DNA from: the human T2T-CHM13v2.0 reference genome, Homo sapiens
Length of the DNA stretch: 64,000 bases
Assembly: GCF_009914755.1 (NCBI RefSeq)
Contig: NC_060926.1
Direction: 5' to 3' (one strand)
In this document: positions 1-14,046 of the stretch, in pieces
Layout: every line of letters begins with the position of its first letter
Numbering within the stretch: position 1 is the first letter of the stretch
Notes under the pieces: model-generated
What the model saw: only the letters and a program-made list of their open reading frames with translations
The model's database searches: none
What the model was told of the DNA's origin: nothing
Position numbers and translations under genes: made by a program

Positions 1-884
1 TGTGCTAACCTTCTTCCACTCTGTGCTCTGAAATGCAATTGATGGGCCAGTGCTTCTTAATTTGCAGAAATTAAACTGTAAGATCAAATTTTCTCAATTT
101 TAGGTTTCTCTGTCATAAATTTTTTATTAAAATTCAGCATCCACCATTTTTTCTCTATTGGAATTTATGTATAAGATGGTTTATGACTTAGCCCATAAAA
201 CCCAAAATTATGACATATAATTTTATATGTTATTATATGTTCAAATCTCAAATATATCAAGGTCAGCAAAGAAAAGCAAGATTTCTAGATGTTTCCTCTA
301 TGCAAACTGAATGGGTTGACTTCTGAGTTGACGCAAATGTAGTAATATTGGATTTGGCACCAATTAGGACCCAGGAAAAAAATTTTGCTTCACACAAAAC
401 CAAAAAGGCAACACAGCTATGGGGCTGTAGCTTTGATTGGGAAAAGATTCCCAATAGAATTTTGCTACCTTTGCTGTGCTGAAGTTATTGACAGCAGTCA
501 AAGGGTAAAAATGCCAAGAGAAATTTGTCAACTCAGGACTATAGCTGATCTGCTCACAGGTCCAAGGGTCCTAAGACTTTCCTTCTGGTGCCATGAAGAT
601 CCAAGGGAAGATAAAAGCATAGAGTTTTAGAGCTAGAAACAACATTGTAAATATTGATATATCATCCAACAACTTCATCTTATAGATGAGAAAAGTGAAG
701 ACAGAGTGGCCATCTGTCCAGGGCCCTGGAGAGTTCAGGGTGTCTTCCTCTGCACCCTCATGCTGGCCAGACACATCTGGGCAGTGTGAGTACTGAGTTG
801 ATTGTGCTTAATTCACTTCAGCTATAAGCTTGTCTTCTTTATGGTTCACGGTCTGAAAATAGGTAGGGTTGTGGTCTCTACAGT

Positions 885-1430
885 CACCCAATTAAAATAC
901 CGGCTCTTTTTGAATGTTTATGTGCCAAACACTGTTCTCAGTTCTGGGATTCAGGAATGAATAAGACAGACGAGAATCTCTGCCTCAGGAATCTTACATT
1001 CTGGGGGCGGGGAGGGGGCAGTATAGAGAGGAGACAAAGAAGTAACACATACAATACATCAGATGGTGTAAATGGTATGGAGAAAAGCATTGCAGGAAAG
1101 GGATATGATAGGGAGTGTGTGTACGTATGCTGTGTGAGAGAGTGTGTTTGTGTATGTGTGTGTGTCAGTTAGCGTGTGAGGGGAGAAGGATGTTGCCATT
1201 TTTAACTGGGTTTTATGGAAGGGCCCACTGAGATGGTGACATATGAGGAATGACCTGAGGGAGGTAAAGGAACAAGTACATGGGTATCTGGGGAAACCAC
1301 ATGGGCAAAGCTCTGGGCAGGAGCATGCCTGGTGTATGTAAGGAAGCTGAACCTGGAGTGGAGTAAGCAAGACTGAAGTCAGCTGGGGATTATGTCAGTG
1401 TGGCGGGAATCATGGAGTGCCATGAGCTCA
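885..1430 (-). mobile_element. L2 LINE 3' fragment with embedded (TG)n
   Basis: Typical antisense L2 text (tgtgccaaacactgttct...gaataagacagac...gagcatgcctggtgt); TG-rich run ~1115-1180. Confidence 0.65.
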
Positions 1431-1435
1431 CAGGG

Positions 1436-1582
1436 CAGTGGCTCTGAAAGTGTGACTACTGGACCAGCAGCAGCCTCCTCATTACCCAGTAGGAATGTAT
1501 GTTCTTGGTCCTTTCCTGAGACCTACTGAATCAGAAACTCTGGGAGTGGGGCCCAATGAGCTGAAGCTTGAGGACCACTCCT
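1436..1582. mobile_element. MER5-type hAT-Charlie DNA transposon fossil
   Basis: cagtggctctgaaagtgtg...ggaccagcagcagc...cctactgaatcagaaactctgggagtggggccca. Confidence 0.7.
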
Positions 1583-2507
1583 GTAGAGCCTTGGAGGTCA
1601 CTGTGGACCAATTTGGAACCTGTTTCAAAACCTTAGCAAAAATGTCTCAGAGAAAGCTCTAAACCACAATGGTAGAATTCAGCCAATAGTTGTTTAAAAA
1701 ATATTGAAGATTGCACTATGGAAGAGATAAAAGAAGTTGCCATTATTTTACTCTTTGAATCATTCAAAAACTGATTGAGTATCTTCTTTTTACAAGACAC
1801 TATGTCAAATGTTACGCTGGCTACCAAGTTGTACACATTACAGTTAGTGTCCTTGAGAAAGTTTTAACCTTAAAAGGATAATAAAGCTTAGTATATAAAC
1901 CAAGTAAGAATAAAAAAGAAGAACAGCAAATGTTATAATGTTTGATGCAGACCTTAAGTATTTAAAAAGTGACCCATCAGTATGGATTCTCAAAGAAGGA
2001 AGGACTTGAGTTATATCTCAAAGTATGAGAGGGACCAGGTCATAAATACAGCATGAGTGCACACAGGCAACATTGAAAGGACCAAGATGGCTGCTGAGAG
2101 AAGAGGCAAAGAGTGGCTTGTAAATTTGCTTAAGTAGGTGAAGAAAGACAAAGAAGGGCTTTCAGTGCCAGTAGGATGAGTTGCATGCAGTCTAAGATAA
2201 GAACTTCTGTTCACGGCCACCCAGGGCCAGTGTTTACAAAGCTGAGCCACAAGAAGGATGGGTTAGGCAGGAAGTCTTGCACATGCACACCAATCACAGA
2301 AGCTGGTTATTACCACCCTGAAAATCAATATAAATTGTGTAAAGCCAGCATGAGTCAGTTAACACAATATAATTGGCTATGTTTTTTTGTGGCATAGAGA
2401 CTAGCAGAGAGAAAAATGTCTAAATTAGAGCTTTCTTAGGTAGCTTATGTATTTTTAAAGCAAGCTGTGTGGAAGGACACAATTTCTGTAGTTTAGTTGA
2501 CTGCAGA

Positions 2508-2645
2508 GGGAGGCAGAATGGTATAGTGAAAAGAGCACAGGCTTGTGAAGTCACAAAGAACTGGCTTTAGATCCTGGTTTTGCCACTTACTTGTTGGATG
2601 ATTTGGTTAAGGTAGTGATACTTGCTAATTATTTCCCCTCATGTG
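2508..2645 (+). mobile_element. MIR fragment
   Basis: ggcagaatggtatagtgaaaagagcacaggct...cctggttttgccacttact. Confidence 0.6.
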
Positions 2646-2684
2646 AAGTCCAGTAGGCCTTGAATAAGGGGAAATCGGTGTTGG

Positions 2685-2965
2685 GCAAAGGTGCTCTGCT
2701 CCATGCAGTCATTCAGAGACCCAGGCTGACAGAAGCTCTACCATCCTCAACATGTGGCTTTTAAGGTCTCCTTGGACATGGACATGTATCCATCACACAG
2801 GGAAGAGAAAATATGGAGCATTTTGTATGGAAAGTTCCTGTGGGCCAATCCTGGAAGTGGCATCCATTACTTCTACTCAGATTCCACTGGAGAGGACTGT
2901 GCCACATAACCACACCTAACTGCAAGAAAGATTGGAAGATAAGGTCAGGCTGTGTGTCTGGGAGG
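2685..2965 (-). mobile_element. MLT1 (old MaLR LTR) fragment
   Basis: ctccatgcagtcattcagagacccaggctgac...cagattccactgg...cacctaactgcaag. Confidence 0.6.
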
Positions 2966-2994
2966 TTTAGTTAAAAGTTAACCAATCTCAAGAG

Positions 2995-3130
2995 ATGGTC
3001 TTTGAAATCACAAAGGTTTGTGTTCACTTACTAGCTATCTAACTTTGGACAAGTTACTTAATCTCCATTAGCCTCAGTTTCTTCATCTGTAAAATGGGAG
3101 TGAGAATACCACCTGCACAGGATGATGAGG
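2995..3130 (+). mobile_element. MIR core
   Basis: ttggacaagttacttaatctcc...gcctcagtttcttcatctgtaaaatggg. Confidence 0.7.
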
Positions 3131-5169
3131 CCTGCCTGAACTTCCCTGTGCCATAGATTCTGGATTGGGAGTTCCTCCCCCAAGTAGCCATTTAATTGAA
3201 TTGTGTATATTTTTTTACCTACCAAAATTAGTGTATTCCTAATTTTGTCATGTACACATGTAGAAAAGACTGGAAGAAGTACAATATAAAAAGTGCTTAT
3301 CTGTAGGTTATGCAAATGTGAATGAGGGTGGTTTTCATTTTCTTCCTCATGCTTTTCTGCATCTTCTAAATTATATACAATAAGGGTAAACTATTTTTTA
3401 AACATATAAGTTATTAAATGAAAATAATGAATATGACAAAGGAAATATCAATAATAATGCATAATAAAATTTTATTAATGATTTTTAGAAATACATAGAG
3501 AGTACAACTATGTGGGTGTTCTCCAAATATTAGCTGTAGTTCAGTCATTGCTTTTTTTCTGGGAAAACTCTGACTTCTGCAGAAGGGATGGGGCCGTCAT
3601 CTGGACATCACAAGCAAAGTTTCTGTGGATTCAAAGCCCATTAAGAACTTGCTTTATCCTAACACAGACCAGCCCTGTGTCATGGTACCTGATGCTCCTG
3701 CTCAGTGGTGTGCCCTGAATGTCCTGAACCTGGAGGTAGATCCACCCTATCCCAGCTCTCTGCCTCATCTGGCTCTCCCAAAAGCTGGCTATCACTGATC
3801 CCCTTTGGCTCAGTGCCTAGTTTGCTCCACCTCCACATCATGTCTGGGTAGGGCTCCTGGAATTCCTTCAGGCCTCACTTGTGGGCCATTTAGAGTAAAA
3901 TAGTGGGCACATACAACACTTCATTATGGTCTTCAAACCATGTTTCCTTTAAGATGATCTTAAGGACGAAAGTAAGAAATAGTGAGTTGAGTAAGTCCAA
4001 TGTATTATTAAATGTTTTATGCTCCCTCTGTAGAATTAATAACGCCAAATAAGACTAATTACAATCCTAGCAAGTTGTCATTTATAGTTATCTAAATGAA
4101 ATACATTGATCTCCACAGCACTCAGTACTTGGTTAGAATTTATATTTTTGGTTCTCCCTCTAATGAGGAAAACCAGCACAAAAAATATGGACTTCATTCA
4201 TAAGCAAATCTTTTCTGATGTTTTTGAGTGCGGTAGTTCTTGTCTTTCCCTGAAGGCTCATTATTGTGCATAAAGTTATAAAAATTATAAGGGTACCTTT
4301 ATAATTGCCAAATGAAAAGAAATAGGTGAAATAAATAAAGAAGAGGAATCAGAGAGAATTCTGCTACAGAACAAAAGTCAATTATAAGTAATTGTGCCTG
4401 CAGTGTTGAATACTCATTTGAACTGTAGAATTTATCACTCGCAAGGGGCAAGTCTGCCTGGGGGTATGGGTAGATTGGATTTTCATGTCTTGGCTTTATC
4501 CAGGACACCTCCCTTCTTAAAGTCATGTTTCAGTCGTGGAAACTATTCCTTTGTTGAGGTGGAAGAGGAGGTGATAAGAAGTGGGTGCTTGTTAATAGTC
4601 AAGCATAGGTCACAGTGATCTATGTCAAGTGGTTATAAATAAGCTGTGGGTGGTGCCTACTACTCCCTAGCTTAAAGCAAGGCAATTCATACTCAATGCA
4701 ACATGCTTAGGTAATAAGAAACTAGTTTCACCAAATTAGTCAACACATCTTTGGTCAGCAATCTAGTTGCCTCATGAAATCAAGATTCAGTTCTCTATAT
4801 GAGCTTTTCGATCTAAGTAAATGTTGTTATAAATGTCGTTAAACTAATATTTTTATCTTTGAAGGGGAAAAAAGGAAGGCAGACATATTATTTTTATTGT
4901 TATGTTTCATATGGCTGTTCATAACTTTCCAGTTCCACCCTTACTAACCCTGGGTGACTCCTCACGACTCCAGGAAACTTAGGTTGTGAAACACTGCTCT
5001 GAAGCCATAAGCTGTCTAGACCTGGGCCACTAATTCATTGCTTCTCACTGACTAGGCACACATTTGGGGGTGACAATTTTAAAAAACAATGATTAAGAAC
5101 AGTTAACTACAGGGACCCTGAGTTTGGGCACCAAACCTCAAACTGAGGTAGGACAAAATGGCTCTAGGC

Positions 5170-5330
5170 TAGTGCTTTATACATAGTAACTTATTTATTC
5201 TCTTCAAGATAATAACTCATCTCTCCGGTTAATGAGAAAACTGAGATTCAGAGGTTAAATAATTTACTTGTCCAAAGATGCACGTGTGATAAGTAGGATT
5301 TAAGCCCAAGCCCACAGGGCTCCAAACATA
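5170..5330 (-). mobile_element. MIR fragment
   Basis: atgagaaaactgagattcagaggttaaataatttacttgtccaaag. Confidence 0.6.
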
Positions 5331-5419
5331 TACCCCCTCCACAAAGCCAAGTTGCTCCTTAAAGACCTTTGCCAATTGCCTTACTCTATCTTGTCTGACA
5401 GTCACTATTTGATGTTAGT

Positions 5420-5935
5420 ACTTTCTTCCTTACTAACAAAACCCTAAGTTTGGAAAGAAACACATTCAGGGAAGGTGGGCTCCAGGCCTAGCCCCAGCTC
5501 CAAAGTCTAAATCAGTCATGGTCATTCCATTCCCCTACTCCTTTTGATAGAATGGAGTTAAGACATGTGACCCAGTTCTGTTCAGTGAAATATAAGAAGA
5601 AAATCTGTGGAGATCCTTCTGGGAAATTTTTTTTTTCTGACGAAAAGATGGCATTTTAACAAGAGAAGTTATTTTGCCCTTAGATTTTTTTTTCTGTTTT
5701 CAACACTCATGTGTGAGAATGTGATATCAAGAGATGCAGCAGCCATTTGGTGACCATGAGGTGGCATACCAAATAATGGAGAGCCACATGCTGAGAATGG
5801 CAGGATGGAGAGAGACAAAGAACCTGAGCCTTGGTGGTATGACTGAACCAGTGAACAAACCTTCTAACCAAAGACCTCCAGGTTTTATGCAATGCAAAAT
5901 AATGAAGTCGTCATTACTGAGATGGTCTTTTATAT
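5420..5935 (+). mobile_element. MLT1 (old MaLR LTR)
   Basis: catgtgacccagttctg...gcagcagccatttggtgaccatgagg...ctgagaatggcaggatggagagag. Confidence 0.55.
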
Positions 5936-6489
5936 GCCAATTGATATCTCTTACATTTCTAGATAGCTTCAGAAATTAAATTGCATTATTACTTTGCAAA
6001 AAGGTATAGACAAACGCACACACACACACAATTTCATATATTCTGAAGATTTTATTATAGGGAATTGAGAAAATGACACAAGAAAGGAAAAAAAAAAAAA
6101 AAGGAAGTCCAGCTAAGAAAACTGAGAAAAGGAAAGAACAGTACAACTAAGTGATTCTTCAATGACTCATCTCAAATCTTCATTCCGATGACTTCTCAAG
6201 GCTTCGCTGAGTGATCCCTCACCCAAATGATTATTGACTTCCCTCTCCTCCCTCACCCCAGATTTCTCATGTGTCACTGCCAATTCAAATTCATGGCTAA
6301 AGCACTAATCTCTTTCCACACCTCTACTTCCTGGAATCCTTTCTTGTTATCAGTCTTATATCTATGCCCAATTCAGCCAGCCATTGGGGTAATGAACTTT
6401 CCATTCTAGAACCACAGTCCAATTTGCCTGTTACCTCACTGAGAAGGCTCTGGGGCTCTGACAAACACTGCTGTGAGTTTCCTGAAACC

Positions 6490-6492
<3 letters not shown>

Positions 6493-6523
<31 letters not shown>

Positions 6524-6752
6524 TTTTATTTCAGGCTCAGGAGTACCTGTGCAGGCTTGTTATATAGGCAAACTCCTGTCATGAGGATTTGATGTACAGA
6601 TTATTTCATGACCCAGGTACTAAGCCTAGTAACTCAATAGTTAATTTTTCTGCTCCTCTCCCTCCCCCCATCCTCCACCCTCCAATGGGCCCCCAGTGTC
6701 TGTTGTTCCCCTCTTTGTGTCCATGAGTTCTCATCATTTAGTTCACACTTAC
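6493..6752 (-). mobile_element. Short 5'-truncated L1PA (older primate, roughly PA13-16) 3' end
   Basis: Long poly(T) followed by antisense L1 3' UTR; degenerate TSD gaaacct(a/c)cttt on both sides. Confidence 0.85.
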
Positions 6753-7255
6753 TGGAAACCTCCTTTGGCCACATTTTGACACTATGTCAGGAGAGGTTGG
6801 ATCCTCCAACCCCTGCCGAGATCACTGCAGATACTTAGAGCCTGGATAAGATGATCAACAGTGCTTTAAATAGCTTATATTTTAAAAAGCTGTGCTGAAT
6901 GTTTTGCAGGCCACTGAGGTGCGGACATGGTTTTATATCAGTGAGATCACAGGTGAGCAAGGTGTTATTGGCTATAATGTTTGAAAATCAGCCTTTAACA
7001 TCTGATTATATTTGACTTCTTATTTGAGTGTCCTTGGACCATGTGTGATCAGACTGCTATGTGAATAAAATAAGATAATGTATAAATTTTCTATAACTTC
7101 TTCATGCATAAAATCCTATTAACATTGCTGATATTTCCTACTATACCCTAAATTCCCAAACATTCAAGTTTAAATTTTTCACTTTAAAATACTGGTAAAA
7201 ATTCACAGCACTACTAAGTTTGACATCCTTCCTCATAACTTTCAATGTTGGTTGC

Positions 7256-7575
<320 letters not shown>

Positions 7576-7699
7576 TAAGTCTCTAAGCCCCTAAACTCCT
7601 TACAGCTTTCAACTCTTGAGACTCACTTCCTCTTTTTTTCACACTTCCACTGTCTTGACATTTTTTATTTCTCCTTGCAAGGGCCTGCAGCTGTGTTTT

Positions 7700-8190
7700 T
7701 TGATTTTTTTTTAAATCAGTAAGTCTGGTGATAACGAGGAATGGGGAATCAAGGATGACCCCAAAATTCCTAGAGAACCACTGGATGGGTAGAAGTGTTA
7801 TTTATTAAGATAGGAACGAACTGAGAAAAAAAATAATTGCAAAAGTAAAACTAAGCGTTCAGTTTTTAAATTCATTTATTTTAAGATAGTACGAGATCTC
7901 TAAGCAGAAATGTGGTATAGCAATTGGGTCTGGAACTCAACAAGTAACAATAGACTGGGGATATCAATTATGGAGTCATTGGGGTGTCTACAGTATTTAT
8001 AGGCTTAAGAGACTATAATATCTTCTAGGAGAATATAGAATGAGAAGAAATTCTATAATTGATCCCTGAAGGACTCCACCATTTAGGGCTGGGCCAAAGA
8101 AGGGGGAATCCATAAAAAAGGTTTAAAAATTGGCTTATAGAAAAGCAGAATAAAAACCAGAAGAGCTTCTAGTAATTAATTCTGGAAGGT
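7700..8190 (-). mobile_element. Degenerate L2 fragment
   Basis: gaatcaaggatgaccccaaaatt...gttcagtttt...gggtctggaactcaa resemble antisense L2 ORF2. Confidence 0.5.
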
Positions 8191-9768
8191 AAGTTTTTCA
8201 GATAGTTCATCTTTTCAGCATATCTGAGAGCCAGACATTGAGCCAGAAAAAAAAAACCTCACCATTATTCTCTACAATCATCAAAGAAGAAACTATACTA
8301 GAAGAAATTAAACTAAATTAGTAGTTTTGGATCAATCTGGTATCCAAATGAAGACATAGAAAAGGGATTCAAACATCATTGAAGTGGCTTGGTAACATCA
8401 TTAAAGATGGCAGAGTAGGGACCTTAAGGGGCCTGTGCCTCCCCAGAAAACCAAAAATATGGGAAAAACTGTCAAGATCATCCTTATTGGAACTGTGGAA
8501 GATAGGAAAAAGGTTTACAGCAACCAAGAGAGGTCACTAACCAAAGAAAGGTCACTAAGACACAGTAAGAGAGCTTTGTGGCATTTTAATTTACCCTTTC
8601 CCCACCCACCTCCTTGGCTTGATGGTAATCTTGAAGATGGCAGCCTGAATCCCCAGTATAAATATATGGTCCTGAAGGACGTAGAGAAAACCTTGTTCCC
8701 AAGGAATCACATTTGTTTTGATCCAACTTGGGGTTTCCTGAAGAACTGACACAATGGACCTGCCTTTCTATTGCCTAACTTGGAACCCTTTCAGAGTTGA
8801 GGACATTCTTCAAAAACATTGAAAGATAAATGAACAAGCAGCTACCACCTGAGACAAAAATCAAGAATTGAAGCAAACAATAGACATGACAAAAGCTGGG
8901 TAGGAAAAGCTGGGGAGTGAGACTCTTTGGGGAATAAGGGATTTGAAATGCTTCTTTGAGCACTAGGCAATCTAGAAAGTCACATGTATACCCAAGGCAG
9001 GATGTATGCACAGAAAAGACCATAAGTTTTCACTTCTAGCTGATCTTGTGGTTTAGCATAAGCAAGAAATAAACACTAATTCATGGTTGTAAACAGCCTG
9101 GCTAAGCATTCAGGAGTGTCCAACACAGCCAATCAGAAAAGATCTGCAGATTAATTTCTTTTTTTGACATCTAGGTAAATCTCTGTCAAACAGCTGGCTG
9201 GCTATTAAGCTGAGAAAAAAAACCAGAAACTTCAGGGATCAACAAAGAAGATCCCAGAAAAATAGCTTAGGAAAGTCACTAAACAAAAGAACTATTACCC
9301 TCAATAAGAAAGACAAAAAAATTTCTACACTGAGAAGACAGTATGATTTTCAAAGTTATCAAATTATAAAGTTCAAAATATCCAATTTTCAACTAAAAAC
9401 TACAAAGCATGCATATAATAAGAAAATATGACCCAGTCTAAGGAAAAAAGAAATCAACAGAATCTGTCCTTGAGGAAACCCAGACATTGGGTTTACTAGA
9501 TAAAATCTTTAAATCAACTGTCAACTGTCTGTAAAGTGCTTAAGAGCTAAAGAAAGCCATAAACAAACAAAAAAAGGAAACCAAAAGAACAATGTCTCAG
9601 CAAGTAGACGATATCAATAAAAAGAAGAAATTATAAAAACAAACCAAATAGAAATTTTGGAGCTGAAAAGTTTAAATAACAGAAATAAAAAGTCATCATG
9701 ACAGTATATCTCAGCTGTCAGAAGAATCAGCAAACTTGAACATAAGTCAAATTGAAATTATTTACTTA

Positions 9769-9915
9769 GGCCAGGTGCAGTAGCTCACGCCTGCAATCCC
9801 AGCACTTGGGGAGGTTGGGGTGAGAGAATCACTTGAAGCCAAGAGTTCAAAACCAGCATGGACAATATAGCAAAACCCTATCTCTACAAAAAAAGAAAAA
9901 GAAAAGGAAAAAAAT
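9769..9915 (+). mobile_element. Alu monomer (FLAM_C / left arm)
   Basis: ggccaggtgcagtagctcacgcctgcaatcccagcac...ctctacaaaaaaagaaaaa; no right arm. Confidence 0.85.
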
Positions 9916-10780
9916 ACACTTTCAGGAGCAGAAAAAAAGGGTGAATAGAAATGAACAGAGTCTAAGAAACATGTGAGACACCTTCAAATATACCAATATG
10001 CACATAATGGGAGTTTCAGGAGAAAAGAAAAAGGGGCAGAAAGAATATTTGAAAATATAATGGCTGAAAACTTTCCAAATTTGAAGAACAATGTGAATCT
10101 ACACATCCAAGAAGCTGAACTGACTCTAAGAAAAATAAATGTAAAGAGGTTCCACACCAAGACACACTATAATCATACAACTGTTGGGAGACAAAGACGA
10201 AGACAGACTCTTGAAAGCACCAAGAGACATACGATTCATTGCATACAAGGAATCTCAATCAGATTAACATCTGGCTTCTCAGCAGAAACCATGAAGGCCA
10301 GAAGGTAGTGAAATGACATTTAAAGTGCTGATTAAAAAAACAAACCAACAAACAAACTTATCAACAAAGAATGCTATACCTGGCAAAACTATCATTCAAA
10401 AATGAAGGCAAAATCAAGATATGCCGCGAGAAACGAAAGCTGATGAAGTTGGTTGCTAGAAGAATTGCCCTACGTGACTGCCCAGGACTAAATGGCTTCA
10501 CTGGTGAATGCTATTAAACATTTAAAGAGTTAATAACAATCCTTCTTAATTTCTTTCTGAAAAAGAAAAGAGAAAAGAATATTCCCTAATTCATTCTATG
10601 AGGTCAATATTGCCCTGATACCAAAGCCACTTTCCTTAGGAAGATGAAAGCAAAAATTTCCAATAAAAGACTAGAAAACTGAAATCAGCAGCATGTTAAA
10701 AGGCTTATATATCATGATTAACAGGGTTTTATCCCAGGAATGCAAGGTTGGTTCAACATACAAAAATCAATCAACGTAGT

Positions 10781-13068
10781 TGATATGGTTTGGCTGTGTC
10801 CCCACACAAACCTCAAATTGAATTGTATCTCCCAGAATTCCTACATGTTGTGGGGGGAACCCACAAGGAGGTAATTGAAACATGGGGGCCAGTCTTTCCC
10901 ATGCTATTCTTATGATAGTGAATAAGTCTCATGAGATCTGATGGGTTTATCAAGGATTTCCACTTTTGCTTCATCATTTTTTCTCTTGCAGCCACCATGT
11001 AAGAAGTGCCTTTTGCCTCCCACCATGATTCTGAGGCCTTCCCAGCCATGTGGAACTGTAAGTCCAATTAAACCTCTTTTTCTTCCCAGTCTCAGGTATG
11101 TCTTTATCAGCAGCATGAAAACAGACCAATATAGTAAATTCATTTCAAGAGTGGTGTGTTGCTGAAAAGATACCCAAAAATGTGGAAGCAACTTTGGAAC
11201 TGGGTAACAGGCAGTGGTTGGAACAGTTTGGAGGGCTCAGAAGAAGACAGGAAAATGTGGGAAAATTTGGAACTTCCTAGAGACTTGTTGAATGGCTTTT
11301 CCCAAAATGCTGATATTTATGTGAACAATAAGGTCCAGGCTGAGGTGATCTCAGATGATGAGGAACTTGTTGGGAATTGGAGCAAAGTTGACTCTTGTTA
11401 TGTTTTAGCAAAGAGACTGGTGGCATTTTACTCCTGCCCTAGAGATTTGTGGAACTTTGAACTTGAGAGAGATGATTTAGGGTAGCTGGCAGAAGAAATT
11501 TCTAAGCAGCAAAGCATTCAAGACATGACTTGGGTGCAGTTAAAGGCATTCAGTTTTATAAGAGAAGCAGAGCATCAAAGTTTGGGAAATTTGCATCCTG
11601 ACTATGCGATAGAAAAGGAAACCCCATTTTCTGAGGAGAAATTCAAGCCAGCTGCAGAAATTTGCATAAGTAGCAAGGAGCCTAATGTTAATCCCCAAGA
11701 CCATGGGGAAAATGTCTCCAGGCCATGTCAGAGACCTTCATGGCAGCCCCTCCCATTACAGGCCCAAAGGCCTCAAAGGCCCAAAAGGAAAAAGCTGTTT
11801 TGTGGGCCAGGCTCAGGTTCCCCATGCTGTGTGCAGCCTAGGAACTCTGTGCCCTGTGTCCCAGCTGCTCCAGCCATGGCTGAAAGGGACCAATGTACAG
11901 CTCAGGCTGTGGATTCAGAGGGTAGAAACCCCAAGTCTTGGGAGCCTCCATGTGGTGTTGAGCCTGTGGGTGCACAGAAGCCAAGAATTGAGTTTTGGAA
12001 ACCTCTGCCTAGATTTCAGAAGATATATGGAAATGCCTGGATGCCCAGGCAAAAGTTTGCTGCAGGGGTGGGGCCCTCATGGAGAACATCTGCTAGGTCC
12101 ATGTAGAAGGAAAATGTGGGGTGGGAGCCCCCACACAGAGTCCCTACTGGGGCACTGCCTAGTAGAGCTGTGAGTAGAGGCCCACCATCCTCCAGATCCT
12201 GGAATGGTAGATCCACTGACAGCTTGCACCATGCACCTAAAAATGCCACAGACACTCAACACCAGCCCATGAAAGCAGCCGGGAGGGAGGTTGTACCCTG
12301 CAAAGCCATAGGAGTAGAGCTGCCCAACACCATGTGAACCCACCTCTTGCATCAGCATGACCTGGATGTGAGACCTGGAGTTAAAGGAGATCATTTTGGA
12401 GCTTTAAAATTTGGCTGCCCAGCCGGATTTTGGACTTGCATGAGCCCTGTAACCCCTTTGTTTTAGCCAATTTCTCCCATTTGGAATGGCTGTATTTATC
12501 CAATATCTGTACCCTCTTTGTATCTTGGAAGTAACTAGCTTGCTTTTAATTTACAGGCTCATAGACAAAAGAGACTTGCCTTGTCTCAGATGAAACTTTG
12601 GACTGTGGACTTCTGGGTTAATGCTAGAACAAGTTAAGACTTTGGGGGGCTGTTGGGAAAGAATGATTGGTTTTGAAATGTGAGGACGTGAGATTTGGAC
12701 AGGCCAGGAGTGAAATTATATGGTTTGGCTGTGTCCCCACCCAAATCTCAAATTGAATTGTATCTCCCAGAATTCCCACGTGTTGAGGAAGGGACCCAGG
12801 AGGAGGTAATTGAATCATGGGGGCCAGTCTTTCCCCTGCTGTTCTCATGATGGTGAATAAGTCTCACGAGATCTGATGGGTTTATCAAGGGTTTCCACTT
12901 TTGCTTCATCATTTTTTCTCTTGCTGCTGGCATGTAAAAAGTGCCTTTGGCCTCCCGCCATGATTCTGAGGCCTCCCCAGCCATGTGGAACTATAAGTCC
13001 AATTAAACCTCTTTTTCTTCCCAGTCTCAGGTATGTCTTTATCAGCAGCACAAAAACAGAGGAATACA
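10781..13068 (+). mobile_element. Full-length THE1 (MaLR) element: 5' LTR 10781-11133, internal region, 3' LTR 12716-13068
   Basis: Two 353-bp direct LTRs (tgatatggtttggctgtgtcccc...aataca), THE1-int between them, 5-bp TSD gtagt/gcagt. Host L1 ORF2 is continuous across the insertion. Confidence 0.95.
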
Positions 13069-14046
13069 GCAGTATACCAGATTAATAAAATGAAGGAGAA
13101 AAAAAAATCACACAATCATTTCAATTGATGCAGAAAAAAACATTTCACAAAATCCAACATCTTTTAATGATTTTTAAAAAAACACAACAAAATAGGAAAA
13201 GAAAAGAGCCTCCTCAACATGATAAAGGGCATTTATAAAAACCCCACAGCTAACGCTATACTCAATGGTGAAAGTTTTTCCCTGTGATCAGGAACATGAC
13301 AAGCATGCTGTCATTTGCTATTTCTATTCAACATTGTACTAGAAATTCTAGGGCAATTAGACAAGAAAAACAAATAAAATACATCCAAATTGGAAATGAA
13401 GAGGTAAAAATATATTTATTTGTAGATCTCATGGACTTATATAGAAAATCCAAAGTCACCCATAAAAAATTGTTATAGCTAAGAAACAAGTTTTGCAAAA
13501 TTGCAGAATACAAAAGTAACATGCAAAAAAAAATCAGTTGTATTTCTACACACTAGCAATGATCAATCCAAAATGAAAATTTAAAAACAATTCCATTTAT
13601 AACAGCATCAAAAAGAAAACACTTAAGAATAAATTTAACATAGGAAGTACAAGATTTGTACACTGAAAACTACAAATAATTGCTGTAAGAAATTAAATGA
13701 GACACAAATAAATGGAAAGACGTTCTGTGTTCGTAGATTGTAAAACTTAATATTATTAAGATGAAAATACCCCTCAAAGTGATCCCCAGATTCAATGCAA
13801 TCCCTATCAAAATCTCAACAGCCACTTATTTTTAGAAATAGAAAAAGCTGAGCCTAAAATTTATATGAAATCTCAAGGTGCCCAGAATAACCAAAACAAT
13901 CTTGAAAAAGAGTAAAGTTTGAGGACTCACGCTTTCTGATTTCAAAACTTACTACAGAGCTATGATAATCAAAACAGTGTGTTACTGGCACAAGTATGGA
14001 TATATAGATCAATGGAATAAAACTGAGAGTTCAGAAATAAACTCAG

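Noticed and set aside
1620-2400. A-rich unique-looking segment with short ORFs and a TGAGTCA at 2351-2357
   Set aside because: I could not match it to a protein or repeat family. The AP-1 motif lacks the GC spacing of an antioxidant response element, and a lone 7-mer is expected by chance.
11156-12394. Long overlapping ORFs (193, 162, 109, 105 aa)
   Set aside because: They lie in the THE1 internal region and are broken remnants of the MaLR ORF or antisense frames, with no splice or gene context.
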